DNA of 64,000 nucleotides, from NCBI GenBank assembly GCA_040755155.1, contig JBFMBP010000143.1:35309-99308 (forward strand). The letters are read 5' to 3'. The stretch is from Candidatus Omnitrophota bacterium. GTDB lineage: Bacteria; Hinthialibacterota; Hinthialibacteria; Hinthialibacterales; Hinthialibacteraceae. Numbering within the stretch: position 1 is the first letter of the stretch; each line of letters begins with the position of its first letter. The position numbers and the translations under genes are program-made. Below are positions 47,147-57,902 of the stretch, piece after piece. The notes beneath the pieces are model-generated. The model was not told the DNA's origin. It worked only from the letters and a program-made list of their open reading frames with translations, and made no database searches.

Positions 47147-48745
47147 ATGAATAAACGAATATTACTACTATTGGCAGCGGCGAATATTTCGTTTCTCTCG
47201 GCCGGTTACGCCGCTGAAAGTCCGGCGGAATGCTTTCTCCAAGCGGAGAAGAATGGATGGCAGGCGCAGAGCGCTTTCCGCCATTGCATGAATTTCGTTT
47301 ACGGCTGGCTGGGGCATCGAGACCCGGCTACGGGATTGATTCCGCGCAACTTGTCGCAATCCTTTTTCTGGAATGCGCAGGATTCGGCGGCGGATAATTA
47401 TCCCTTCATGGTTTTGACCTGCGCCATGTTGAACCGCGAGTTGTTCGAAACCACCATGAAGCGCATGTTGGAAACGGAAATCCGTTTGACGAACCGATTG
47501 GACAACCTTCCCGACGATTACGATTTCGCCAAACAAGGCTTCCGGATGCCGGAAATCGACCTGGCTCGTTTGATCTTCGGCGGATCGGAATACGTCAAAG
47601 ACGGCCTCATCCCTCTGACGGAATGGTTGGGAGAAAGCCCTTGGACCGAACGAATGCAGGGCATCGAAGATTCGATATGGAAACACGCCCCTCTAGATAC
47701 GCCTTTCGGAAAGATTCCTTCCGACAGCCATGAGATAAACGGCGAGCAGCTTCAAGTGTTATGCCGCCTCTATTGGATGCACAAAATGGAAAAGTACCGC
47801 GAATGGGCGTTTCGTTTGGCCGATTATTATTTTTTGGAACATTTGCCCACGGATAGCGAAGATTTGAGGTTGGACGATCATGGCTGCGAGGTGGTGGATG
47901 GTCTTGCGGGGGCGTATTATCTCGCCGTACATACCGATCCGCAAAGACGCGAGCGTTACCGCGAGCCGATGCATCGCATGATCGACCGCATTCTTGAAGT
48001 TGGAATCAACGAAGATGGCCTGGTTTATGAAGCTATTAACCCTAAGACCGGAGAAATCAAAAGGAAAGCCCTTTCGGATAATTGGGGATACAATTATAAC
48101 GCCATCTTGAACGCAGCGCAGTTGGATGGAGTGGAACGTTACCGCCAGGCCGTGGAGCATTTATTAAAACAAATATGGAAAAACCGCGATTATCCATGGG
48201 AAGGCGGCGGCTCCGACGGCTACGCCGACGCCATCGAAGGCGGCTTGAACCTGCTGAACTGGATCCCCTTGGAAAGCGGATTTCAATGGGTGGACTATAG
48301 TATTGAAATCATGTTGAACAAGCAACGGCCAGACGGCGTCATCGAAGGCTGGCACGGCGACGGAAATTACGCTCGCACCGCCCTGATGTACGCGCTCTGG
48401 AAAACGCAAGGCGTCTATGTCAATCCTTGGCGAGCCGATCTTTGTTTCGGAAGCGTCGAACGCGACGGCGTTTTGTATCTCGTTCTGCGCGGGGATTGGA
48501 ATTGGTCGGGGGAAGTTATTTTCGATCCGCCGAGACACAAGGAATTTTTCAACCTTCCCAGCGATTATCCCCGCATTAACCAGTTTCCGGAATGGTTCAC
48601 AGTAGCCGCTGCTTCGGAATATAATGTTCAAATCGACAGCGAGGAAGTTATGCGGAAAAAGGGAAGCGAATTGCAAAAAGGTTTGCGGATAAAGATTGAC
48701 GCTAAAAAGCCATGTTATATAAATCTAAGAAATATAGAACAATAA
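47147..48745 (+). CDS. Secreted protein, possibly an (α/α)6 six-hairpin glycoside-hydrolase-like fold
   Basis: The start was moved to the MNKRILLLLAAANISFLSAGYA signal peptide. W/Y-rich helical repeats. The fold assignment is tentative. Confidence 0.4.
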   Translation: MNKRILLLLAAANISFLSAGYAAESPAECFLQAEKNGWQAQSAFRHCMNFVYGWLGHRDPATGLIPRNLSQSFFWNAQDSAADNYPFMVLTCAMLNRELFETTMKRMLETEIRLTNRLDNLPDDYDFAKQGFRMPEIDLARLIFGGSEYVKDGLIPLTEWLGESPWTERMQGIEDSIWKHAPLDTPFGKIPSDSHEINGEQLQVLCRLYWMHKMEKYREWAFRLADYYFLEHLPTDSEDLRLDDHGCEVVDGLAGAYYLAVHTDPQRRERYREPMHRMIDRILEVGINEDGLVYEAINPKTGEIKRKALSDNWGYNYNAILNAAQLDGVERYRQAVEHLLKQIWKNRDYPWEGGGSDGYADAIEGGLNLLNWIPLESGFQWVDYSIEIMLNKQRPDGVIEGWHGDGNYARTALMYALWKTQGVYVNPWRADLCFGSVERDGVLYLVLRGDWNWSGEVIFDPPRHKEFFNLPSDYPRINQFPEWFTVAAASEYNVQIDSEEVMRKKGSELQKGLRIKIDAKKPCYINLRNIEQ

Positions 48746-48986
48746 AATAGAATTTTTTGATGCAATATCATAGCGTTTTCTATTGGGTTTTTACATTGGA
48801 AAGAAAAAATAACTTTTTATGTACTGGTTCTAGTTATCCATAATGAAATTTCGATTATAATTCAAAAGAATGAACCTGACCAATAAGGCGGGCGACAAGG
48901 GCAAGATTTCTTCGCCCTTAAGATAACCTGGATTTTTTTGTTCCTGATAATCTTGAAAATCCTGGCTATCTTGATTCTGGCAAAAT

Positions 48987-49985
48987 TTGGTATGGATTAT
49001 GTTGATTTGGCGTAGCGCTCCCCGTCTTTCGATTTTTAAGGGCTTTGTTTTTATCATCGTCCTAGGATTATTGGCGATGGTTTGCGGAGCGTGCGCGACC
49101 GGCGGCTCCAGCCGGGATGAGGATTTCACTTCAAGCCGATCGTTGAAAGATGCGGACCAGTTTTTCAATCAGGAAGAATACCAAACCGCTTTGGCGCAAT
49201 ATTCGGCCTATCTCTATTCCCCTTTTCTTAACAAAAAAGAACTGCCCTACGCCCGATATAAAGTAGGTCTATGTCATTATATGATCGGCCAATATGACGA
49301 TGCGCTGCAAACCTTGGAAATCCTGTTAAAGGATAATCCCGGCGTTTCTTTCACGCCCCAGGCCCGCGAGTTAATGCAAAAATGCCAAAATCGGATCGAT
49401 CAAAGAAATCGGCAACTCGCCGGAGAACAAAAGGACTTGGAACAGAAGATCGCTCAATACGAAGAATTCGTTAAAACGAATCCGGTAAATGCGGAATATC
49501 ACTTTATGCTGGGCGGTTATTATTGGAACTATGGGCGTTACCAGGACGCCGTAGCCGAATATGGCAGGGCTTCGCAGCTCAATCCGGCTTATTTGGAGCA
49601 GGATGTCGTACGGCAAAGAGTGCGCATTACCGATTCAGGCGAATTCGTGGTGCGGAATCCCCTGCTGGAATTCAATAAGATGGATCCGGTGCAGGTTCAG
49701 GCGAAAATGGAGCGGGTGGAACGCTCCAATTGGCTGGGAACAACCGAGTCCCTGCGCGTGAGCGGTGTAGTGGAAAATACTGGTTTGCGCGACGTCCATA
49801 ATCTGAATATTGAAGTCAGCATCTACGATTTCAACGATACGGTGCAAGATACGAAAATGGTCAATATCGGAAAACTCATCGCGGGCGGAAAACGGGATTT
49901 CGCCGTTATGATGACGCGGTACAGCGGTTGGGGCGTGGATATTAGAAAATTCGCCGCGAAAGTATTTTACGATGAGCAAAGATAA
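48987..49985 (+). CDS. TPR-repeat lipoprotein (candidate pilotin/accessory for the downstream secretins)
   Basis: Lipoprotein-like signal (…LLAMVCGACATGG). TPR units (YKVGLCHYMIGQYDDALQTLE…, HFMLGGYYWNYGRYQDAVAEYGRA). Confidence 0.6.
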   Translation: MVWIMLIWRSAPRLSIFKGFVFIIVLGLLAMVCGACATGGSSRDEDFTSSRSLKDADQFFNQEEYQTALAQYSAYLYSPFLNKKELPYARYKVGLCHYMIGQYDDALQTLEILLKDNPGVSFTPQARELMQKCQNRIDQRNRQLAGEQKDLEQKIAQYEEFVKTNPVNAEYHFMLGGYYWNYGRYQDAVAEYGRASQLNPAYLEQDVVRQRVRITDSGEFVVRNPLLEFNKMDPVQVQAKMERVERSNWLGTTESLRVSGVVENTGLRDVHNLNIEVSIYDFNDTVQDTKMVNIGKLIAGGKRDFAVMMTRYSGWGVDIRKFAAKVFYDEQR

Positions 49986-50034
49986 ATTGCATATAAATCA
50001 CTGGCATTTGCTTGCTTTGATCGGCGGGCGGATG

Positions 50035-51102
50035 CGGACGATTGTCGGTTTATGGATCGTAGCGTTGGCTGTCGTTTGTTATTCCGTCTCGGCGCAATAC
50101 GTCCGCGATCCGGCGACGGGAAAATTTACCGATTTCGAGAAATTATACAATGACCTCAAAGCCCAACCGGCGATGCCCATTCAGATTGTGTTCGAAGTCA
50201 ACGTCTTCGAAGTGCTGTTGAAGGACTCGACGGATATTGGATTTATTTATGACGTAATCGGAGAGTTGGGCACCATCCGGGGAACGAATTTGGCGGGCGA
50301 TGCGAATATTGAGAGCGATCTGAGCGTACTGGATAAAGGAAACCGCAACAGCTTGCTTCCCGCGGGAGCGAATATTACCGCCAATGTGTTTGAAGGCGAC
50401 GAAGGCGAATTAAGGGCTATATTTCAAGCGTTGGCGCAAGATCAGATCGTTAGAATCCATGCGAATCCGATCATCTTGACCGTCGCCGGAGTGCCAGCGC
50501 ATCTGACTTCAGGCGACGATATCCCCTTTCTTGAGCGATCCAGTCTTACCACGACGGATACTTTCGCCTCCAATTATCAAACTACAGGCGTCAACCTCGT
50601 TCTGACGCCCTCCGTGATTTATTCCGAAACGGATGTCGAGCGGAAGAATCCGATTATCAAAGTAACGCTAAACGTCGATTTATCCAGCGTAACTCGATAT
50701 CGGGAGGAACAAGGTTTTGCTCAGCCCATCGTTGATTCGAGGAATTTAAATACCACCGTCTACCTTCGGTCGAACCAACCCGTCCTCATTGGAGGCTTGT
50801 TTCGGGATTCGAAAGGCGACCGCGGAAGGGAGATTCCCATTCTTCGGGATATTCCCATTTTAGGACGGTTTTTCCGCAGCACGTCCACGACCAGTACGAT
50901 GTCCCAATTTTTAGTCATGATTCGTCCTTCTATCTTCGACGTGTGGGGACAAGGGATTCAGAATGACCTTATCATCCCCAAACAGAATTTCGAAAAAATC
51001 AGCGATTTGATCGAACGCAAAGCGAAGGAAAGATCCTCGGATAAGAATTATTTCGAAGAATTCCGCGAGATCTTTCTCGATAGCTCTTCCGTGAAAAAAT
51101 AA
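50035..51102 (+). CDS. Short secretin-domain outer-membrane protein (type II/III secretion system secretin family), paralogue 1
   Basis: Signal peptide. N3-like QIVFEVNVFEV, then a secretin C-domain: …VLIGGLFRDSKGDRGREIPILRDIPILGRFFRS…QFLVMIRPSI. Confidence 0.7.
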   Translation, partial: RTIVGLWIVALAVVCYSVSAQYVRDPATGKFTDFEKLYNDLKAQPAMPIQIVFEVNVFEVLLKDSTDIGFIYDVIGELGTIRGTNLAGDANIESDLSVLDKGNRNSLLPAGANITANVFEGDEGELRAIFQALAQDQIVRIHANPIILTVAGVPAHLTSGDDIPFLERSSLTTTDTFASNYQTTGVNLVLTPSVIYSETDVERKNPIIKVTLNVDLSSVTRYREEQGFAQPIVDSRNLNTTVYLRSNQPVLIGGLFRDSKGDRGREIPILRDIPILGRFFRSTSTTSTMSQFLVMIRPSIFDVWGQGIQNDLIIPKQNFEKISDLIERKAKERSSDKNYFEEFREIFLDSSSVKK

Positions 51103-51176
51103 TGAAAAACGAAGCCATTTCTTTTCATGATCGTCCCGGAAATCGCCGCCGATTCCATATAAGCATCGGAAACGTG

Positions 51177-52262
51177 ATGCGGCGTTGCATCCGTCTATTG
51201 TTGGCGGTTTTGCCGTTAGCGGGATTCCCCTTGACCGGTGCGGGCCAGGATGCGACGAAACTCGTCCAACAAGTGGAGATCGCCGCAACGATTTACGAAT
51301 TCCGTCTGGAAAGCGAGAAGCAGTTAGGCATCTTCTACGAATACAACCGGGATACGGGAGCCGTGCAAAATAGCGAAGTTTTTCTTCAGGGAACGGAGAA
51401 TTTGAAGGATTCGGCGATCGGCGCTCTCAATTTTACGGGCAGTTTCGCCAAACTCGCTTATGGCTCCATCGATTTCAACATTAAGACGGCGCTGCAAGAA
51501 GGACGGGCTATGGTGATCAGCAATCCAAGGAACTTGGTCGCAGATGGGCAGACGTCATCTCTTGGAAGCGGCGAGATGGTTCCTCTGACGAAGTTCCAGA
51601 CTCTGGCGGGATATCAAACCACGTTAACGATGGAAAAGAGGAAAACGGGAATCAAGTTGAATGTTACGCCTCATATCTTGCCGGGGAATAACGTATTGAT
51701 GGATTTGGAAATCGAATCGAGCGAGATTATCCGGTTGGCGATGTTCGACCGGGGTGACCGGCTGCGCTTCGAACTGCCAGTGGTTTCAACCCGCAACGTA
51801 AAAACGGTCGTCGTCGTCCCATCGCGCAAGCGTCTGTATATTGGCGGACTCTACAACAACAGCGCCAGCGATCTTACCCGAAAAATTCCCATTCTTGGCG
51901 ATCTGCCGGTATTGGGTTTCTTTCTGCGCGGCTTCAACAAAAAAATGACGCGTTCGGAAACCGTCTTCCAGATTACGCCTACCATCAAGGCGCCGGGGGA
52001 AGGGATCAGCGCCGAAGGCTCTATCTTCCGTGACCTTCTCGAAACCGATTCTTTGGAAAATGCCGATAGCGCATCCCCTCTGCAATCCATGCCCGCAGGA
52101 GCCGTTCCATCTTCCACGGAAGTTCAAAGCGCTTCGGCGGAGCTTTCAGCGCCATCCGCCCTCTCTTCGGCGGCGAATGCGCCGGCGAAGAATGCCATAA
52201 ATCCATTGCGCCGGAATACTTCCTCGAAAGCGGGTTTCCGCCCCAAACGCAACCGCCGCTAG
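51177..52262 (+). CDS. Short secretin-domain outer-membrane protein, paralogue 2, with a Ser/Ala-rich C-terminal tail
   Basis: Signal peptide MRRCIRLLLAVLPLAG. Secretin motifs LYIGGLYNNSASDLTRKIPILGDLPVLGFFLRG…VFQITPTI. Confidence 0.7.
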   Translation: MRRCIRLLLAVLPLAGFPLTGAGQDATKLVQQVEIAATIYEFRLESEKQLGIFYEYNRDTGAVQNSEVFLQGTENLKDSAIGALNFTGSFAKLAYGSIDFNIKTALQEGRAMVISNPRNLVADGQTSSLGSGEMVPLTKFQTLAGYQTTLTMEKRKTGIKLNVTPHILPGNNVLMDLEIESSEIIRLAMFDRGDRLRFELPVVSTRNVKTVVVVPSRKRLYIGGLYNNSASDLTRKIPILGDLPVLGFFLRGFNKKMTRSETVFQITPTIKAPGEGISAEGSIFRDLLETDSLENADSASPLQSMPAGAVPSSTEVQSASAELSAPSALSSAANAPAKNAINPLRRNTSSKAGFRPKRNRR

Positions 52263-53533
52263 TCTCTCAACTGCCCGACGATCTTGTTTTTTGTAGATGG
52301 CGATTCTGTTATCTTGCCAGAAAAGGGCGCCGCTAGTTTTTGCGGGAATTGCAATAGAATGCCGATCCAGCACCATGTGAATAAATGGGTGTGCAGGGCA
52401 TTCATCAGAGAAGCGGCCGCCATAACCAACAGCGAAGCCAGCATCGCTCGATGCGCTATTCCTTCTCCGGTCTGGCGGCTGAGGCTGGAAACGGAGGCGG
52501 CCAACCGCACCGCCAGCCAGGTGAAAGCCAATCCTCCCGCCAATCCTCTTTCGGCTAAAATAATCAGAGGCGACGAAAAACCCGGCGAGACGGAAAGGGC
52601 GTAATCCGGAAAAGCCCAACGCGCATAATCGTCGAAGCCTCCTGCGCCTACTCCAAAGATGGGATGCTGGATGAAGGCCGTCAACGCAAAGTAGCCGTTG
52701 TATAGCCGTTCCTGAAAGAAGGGATTCGACAGCCAGCGGCCGGTTCTCTCCGATAGGCTGCCTCCCCACAAACCGCGCCCGAAAACGAGCACGCCCACGA
52801 TAAAAACCGGCAAAAGCCAGACGGCGTATTTTTTATCCAACAAACCTGCCAGATAGGTTAAGAGCAACATAAGAAGAATCGCAGCGGCGCCGCTGCGGGA
52901 TTTGGCGGTCAGCGCCAGAAAAAGAAGAGTATAGAAGACGATAATCCATCCGTTCGCTTGCCAAGTCTTCTGTTTTTGTTTCGATTCGTAAAGAAAAAAA
53001 GGCAATAAAAAAGCGGTGGCGGCGGAATAATAGTTTTCATTTGAGAATCCGCCGTTAACGGGGAAAGGATCGCTGGAAAACTTGGCTAATTGAAAAATAG
53101 CGGCAAAGGCGGCCAATATTCCAGCGGCGTAAGCGGCGCACAAGGCCCATGTCAGGCGGTTTGAATGGGAAAGAATCAAGGCGACGCCATAAGCCGCGCC
53201 AATATATCCGGCGGAACGAAACGCTTCCTGAATCGCCAATCCGGAATGAAGGCTAAAGAGGCAGGATGAGAAGCCGGATATGGCGATGAGAAGCAGAGGG
53301 AGAAAAGATTCGTCGCCTTTTTCGTTGGGACCGGCCGCTTTGCGCAGCATCGCTCCTAGAAGAAACGCCGCCAACGCCCATTCGTTGAGGGGCAGGGATA
53401 GGCCGAATCCTTCGATGTTCCATCTTTCAATCCCCGATAACCCTATGAGAACAATTACTCCCGCATAAGGAAAGGCCGCAAAAAACGCCGCCGCAAAAAG
53501 GATTATCGATAAAGATAGAATAATGTCGATCAT
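52259..53533 (-). CDS. O-antigen ligase / Wzy_C family polytopic membrane protein
   Basis: More than 10 TM helices. Central TAKSRSGAAAILLMLLL…periplasmic loop…FGVGAGGFDDY matches the Wzy_C signature region. Confidence 0.6.
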   Translation of the reverse strand: MIDIILSLSIILFAAAFFAAFPYAGVIVLIGLSGIERWNIEGFGLSLPLNEWALAAFLLGAMLRKAAGPNEKGDESFLPLLLIAISGFSSCLFSLHSGLAIQEAFRSAGYIGAAYGVALILSHSNRLTWALCAAYAAGILAAFAAIFQLAKFSSDPFPVNGGFSNENYYSAATAFLLPFFLYESKQKQKTWQANGWIIVFYTLLFLALTAKSRSGAAAILLMLLLTYLAGLLDKKYAVWLLPVFIVGVLVFGRGLWGGSLSERTGRWLSNPFFQERLYNGYFALTAFIQHPIFGVGAGGFDDYARWAFPDYALSVSPGFSSPLIILAERGLAGGLAFTWLAVRLAASVSSLSRQTGEGIAHRAMLASLLVMAAASLMNALHTHLFTWCWIGILLQFPQKLAAPFSGKITESPSTKNKIVGQLRD

Positions 53534-53842
53534 CGTTCCTTCGTAACCATCTTCATATTGTCAACGTGGCGCACTCTGTATTCGGCTGTGTATTTCCATT
53601 CGAGCCATTTTGGCGCAACTCACGGCCAATTTAGCTTAGGCTGGACGGATTTTATACAATTTTTTCGTACGAACGCTAGAGTAAATAATAATTTAAAAAT
53701 ATTGATTTCAGCATCTTACGTTATTTTCTATCTTGATTTATCATAATCGTCTACCTTTGGCGCCTGACTTGCATATAATATTCCTCGGAAATTTTTATAT
53801 TAAAAAAACAATCGTCGTGAATTGGAGAAAGGAGTTTTTGCA

Positions 53843-54130
53843 ATGGCAGTAAAACCGCTCGGTGATAGAGTACTCGTGAAGAGACTTGAAGAAAAGGAAG
53901 AAAAAAAGGGAGGAATCATTATTCCCGATACGGCGAAAGAAAAACCTCAGGAAGCAGAAGTGATCGCCGTGGGACCCGGCAAGCGCGGCGAAGATGGAAA
54001 ATATATCGCCCCAGAAGTCAAAAAAGGGGATAAGGTTCTCATCAGCAAATACGGCGGCACGGATGTCAAGATCGACGGCGTGGAGCATGTGATTGTTCGG
54101 GAAGACGACATCCTGGCGATTGTTTCCTAA
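53843..54130 (+). CDS. groES: Co-chaperonin GroES
   Basis: [19 protein letters not shown]…[24 protein letters not shown]…, 95 aa. Confidence 0.9.
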   Translation: MAVKPLGDRVLVKRLEEKEEKKGGIIIPDTAKEKPQEAEVIAVGPGKRGEDGKYIAPEVKKGDKVLISKYGGTDVKIDGVEHVIVREDDILAIVS

Positions 54131-54223
54131 ACGCGGTCGTTAAATCTTTTTTTACAAAAAGGGGCGTTTTTTCCGGTTCGGCGGGAACAGCCCTCACTTA
54201 CGGGAAAAAGAAAAAATTATTAG

Positions 54224-55876
<1,653 letters not shown>

Positions 55877-55916
55877 TCCAGGCTAAATCGCCATTAACAG
55901 GATATCTATTCTCAAG

Positions 55917-55950
55917 AAAGGCCGCTCGCAAGGGCGGCCTTTCTCTTTCT
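55917..55950 (+). terminator. Rho-independent terminator after groEL
   Basis: aaaggccgc-tcgcaagg-gcggccttt followed by ctctttc. Confidence 0.6.
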
Positions 55951-56127
55951 TATTGGTTTTTCATCTTGCAGATAATGTATAAATAACGCGATGAGAGAGA
56001 CATCGCCATTTCTTTTCAATAACCAAACTCTTAACGGCTACCCCCTGCAACAATATTTTTCTATAATCCATTCGCCGGTCGTGGAAGCGCAGCAACGTTT
56101 TCCGGCGTATTTTTTGGGGAAGGATTA

Positions 56128-57804
56128 TTGCGGATGTTGAGCGACATAGAGATTGCGCAGAGAGCGCGGATGCAGCCCATCGTCGATATAGCCGCCAAAC
56201 TGGATTTAACCGAAGACGATATCGATCTGTATGGCAAATATAAGGCGAAAATTCATCTGAACGTCATGGATCGCCTGCGCGACAAACCGGATGGAAAATT
56301 GATTCTGATTACGGGCATGACGCCCACTCCGGCGGGCGAAGGCAAAACAGTGACGACAATCGGCTTGACGCAAGCGCTGGCCGCCTTGGGCAAAAAAAGC
56401 ATCGCCTGCCTCCGCGAGCCGTCGCTTGGCCCCGTCTTCGGCATTAAGGGAGGTGCGGCGGGCGGAGGCTATGCGCAGATTCTGCCCATGGACGAAATCA
56501 ACCTCCATTTTACCGGCGACATTCACGCCATCACGGCGGCGCACAATCTGCTTTCCGCCATTCTGGACAATCACATCTATCAGGGAAATGAAAAGAACAT
56601 CGATCCAGGGCGGGTAGTTTGGCCCCGCGTGCTGGATATCGCCGACCGCCAATTGCGGCAGGTCGTCGTCGGTCTGGGCGGTCGTTCCAACGGCTTCCCT
56701 CGCGAAACGGAATTCGTCATCACCGTGGCTTCGGAGATTATGGCCATCCTCGCCCTATCGAAAGACCGGGAAGACCTGCGTTGCCGCATCTCCCGCATTC
56801 TTATCGCCTATACGCGCGACCGGGAGCCAGTTTTCGCCGAAGACTTGGGGATCGTCGGTTCTTTGATGGTGCTTTTGAAGGACGCCATGAAGCCCAACCT
56901 AGTGCAAACGCTGGAGGGCAATCCCGTCCTGGTTCACTGCGGCCCCTTCGCCAATATCGCCCACGGTTGCAACAGCCTTCTCGCCACTCGCATGGCTTTG
57001 AGACTGGGACGCTATTGCGTGACGGAAGCTGGATTCGGAACCGACCTGGGCGCGGAAAAATTTTTCGACATCAAATGCCGGACTGACAGCTTGCATCCTT
57101 CCGTCGCCGTCATCGTCGCCAGTGTCCGCGCCTTGAAGATGCACGGCGGAATCCCTTTGAACGAGATTTCTCGACCCAATCCGGACGCCGTGTGGCGGGG
57201 ATGCTGCAACCTGCGCGTGCATGTGGAAAACATCCGCAAATTCGGCGTTCCGCCCGTCGTCGCCGTCAACCGCTTTCCCAGCGATGCGGAGGAGGAGATC
57301 GCGTCGGTGATGGAATTTTGCGAAGGAAGCCATGTCCCGGCAGCGATATCGGATGTCTGCGCCAAGGGCGGAAAAGGCGGACTCGAACTGGCGGAAAAAG
57401 TAATCAAAACTAGCAAGGAAACGCCCAGCCATTTCAAGCCGTTATACGATTTGAGTCTCTCCCTGAAGGAAAAAATCGCCTGCATCGCCAAGGAAATCTA
57501 TCGCGCCGACGATGTCGTCTATTCGGCCAAGGCGGAGCGCAACCTCAAACTGATCGAGAAGCACGGCTTCGGCGGGCTGCCGGTTTGCATGGCGAAAACG
57601 CAATCGTCGCTTTCGGAAGATAAAACCAAATTCGGCGCCCCAACCGGCTGGTCGCTTCACGTGGAAGATATCGTTCCCCGCGCCGGCGCCGGATTTATCG
57701 TCGCCATCACCGGCGATATGATGCTGATGCCCGGTTTGCCCAAAGAACCCAACGCTGTAAAAATTAACCTTCTACCCGATGGCAGTATCGTGAATTTGTT
57801 CTAG
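56128..57804 (+). CDS. fhs: Formate--tetrahydrofolate ligase
   Basis: PTPAGEGKTVTTIGL signature; 558 aa. Confidence 0.9.
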   Translation: MRMLSDIEIAQRARMQPIVDIAAKLDLTEDDIDLYGKYKAKIHLNVMDRLRDKPDGKLILITGMTPTPAGEGKTVTTIGLTQALAALGKKSIACLREPSLGPVFGIKGGAAGGGYAQILPMDEINLHFTGDIHAITAAHNLLSAILDNHIYQGNEKNIDPGRVVWPRVLDIADRQLRQVVVGLGGRSNGFPRETEFVITVASEIMAILALSKDREDLRCRISRILIAYTRDREPVFAEDLGIVGSLMVLLKDAMKPNLVQTLEGNPVLVHCGPFANIAHGCNSLLATRMALRLGRYCVTEAGFGTDLGAEKFFDIKCRTDSLHPSVAVIVASVRALKMHGGIPLNEISRPNPDAVWRGCCNLRVHVENIRKFGVPPVVAVNRFPSDAEEEIASVMEFCEGSHVPAAISDVCAKGGKGGLELAEKVIKTSKETPSHFKPLYDLSLSLKEKIACIAKEIYRADDVVYSAKAERNLKLIEKHGFGGLPVCMAKTQSSLSEDKTKFGAPTGWSLHVEDIVPRAGAGFIVAITGDMMLMPGLPKEPNAVKINLLPDGSIVNLF

Positions 57805-57819
57805 CAATGGCGATTTTTG

Positions 57820-57852
57820 CCGGGTGGCAAGGGCAAGGTTGTTTTTGCCCTT
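57820..57852. repeat. Conserved hairpin element, copy 2: gggtggcaagggcaaggttgtttttgcccttga
   Basis: 30/33 identical to 15826–15858. Stem caagggcaa / ttgcccttg. It sits 16 nt after the fhs stop, a terminator-like position. Confidence 0.45.
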
Positions 57853-57902
57853 GAATTAGCTGCTCGTCACACGCCGCAATTTTAAGAGGGAGACCATAAA
57901 GC

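Noticed and set aside
53560-53842. CIRCE (HrcA operator) upstream of groES
   Set aside because: I searched by eye for TTAGCACTC…GAGTGCTAA and near variants and found none. No feature was called; the absence is reported as a finding.
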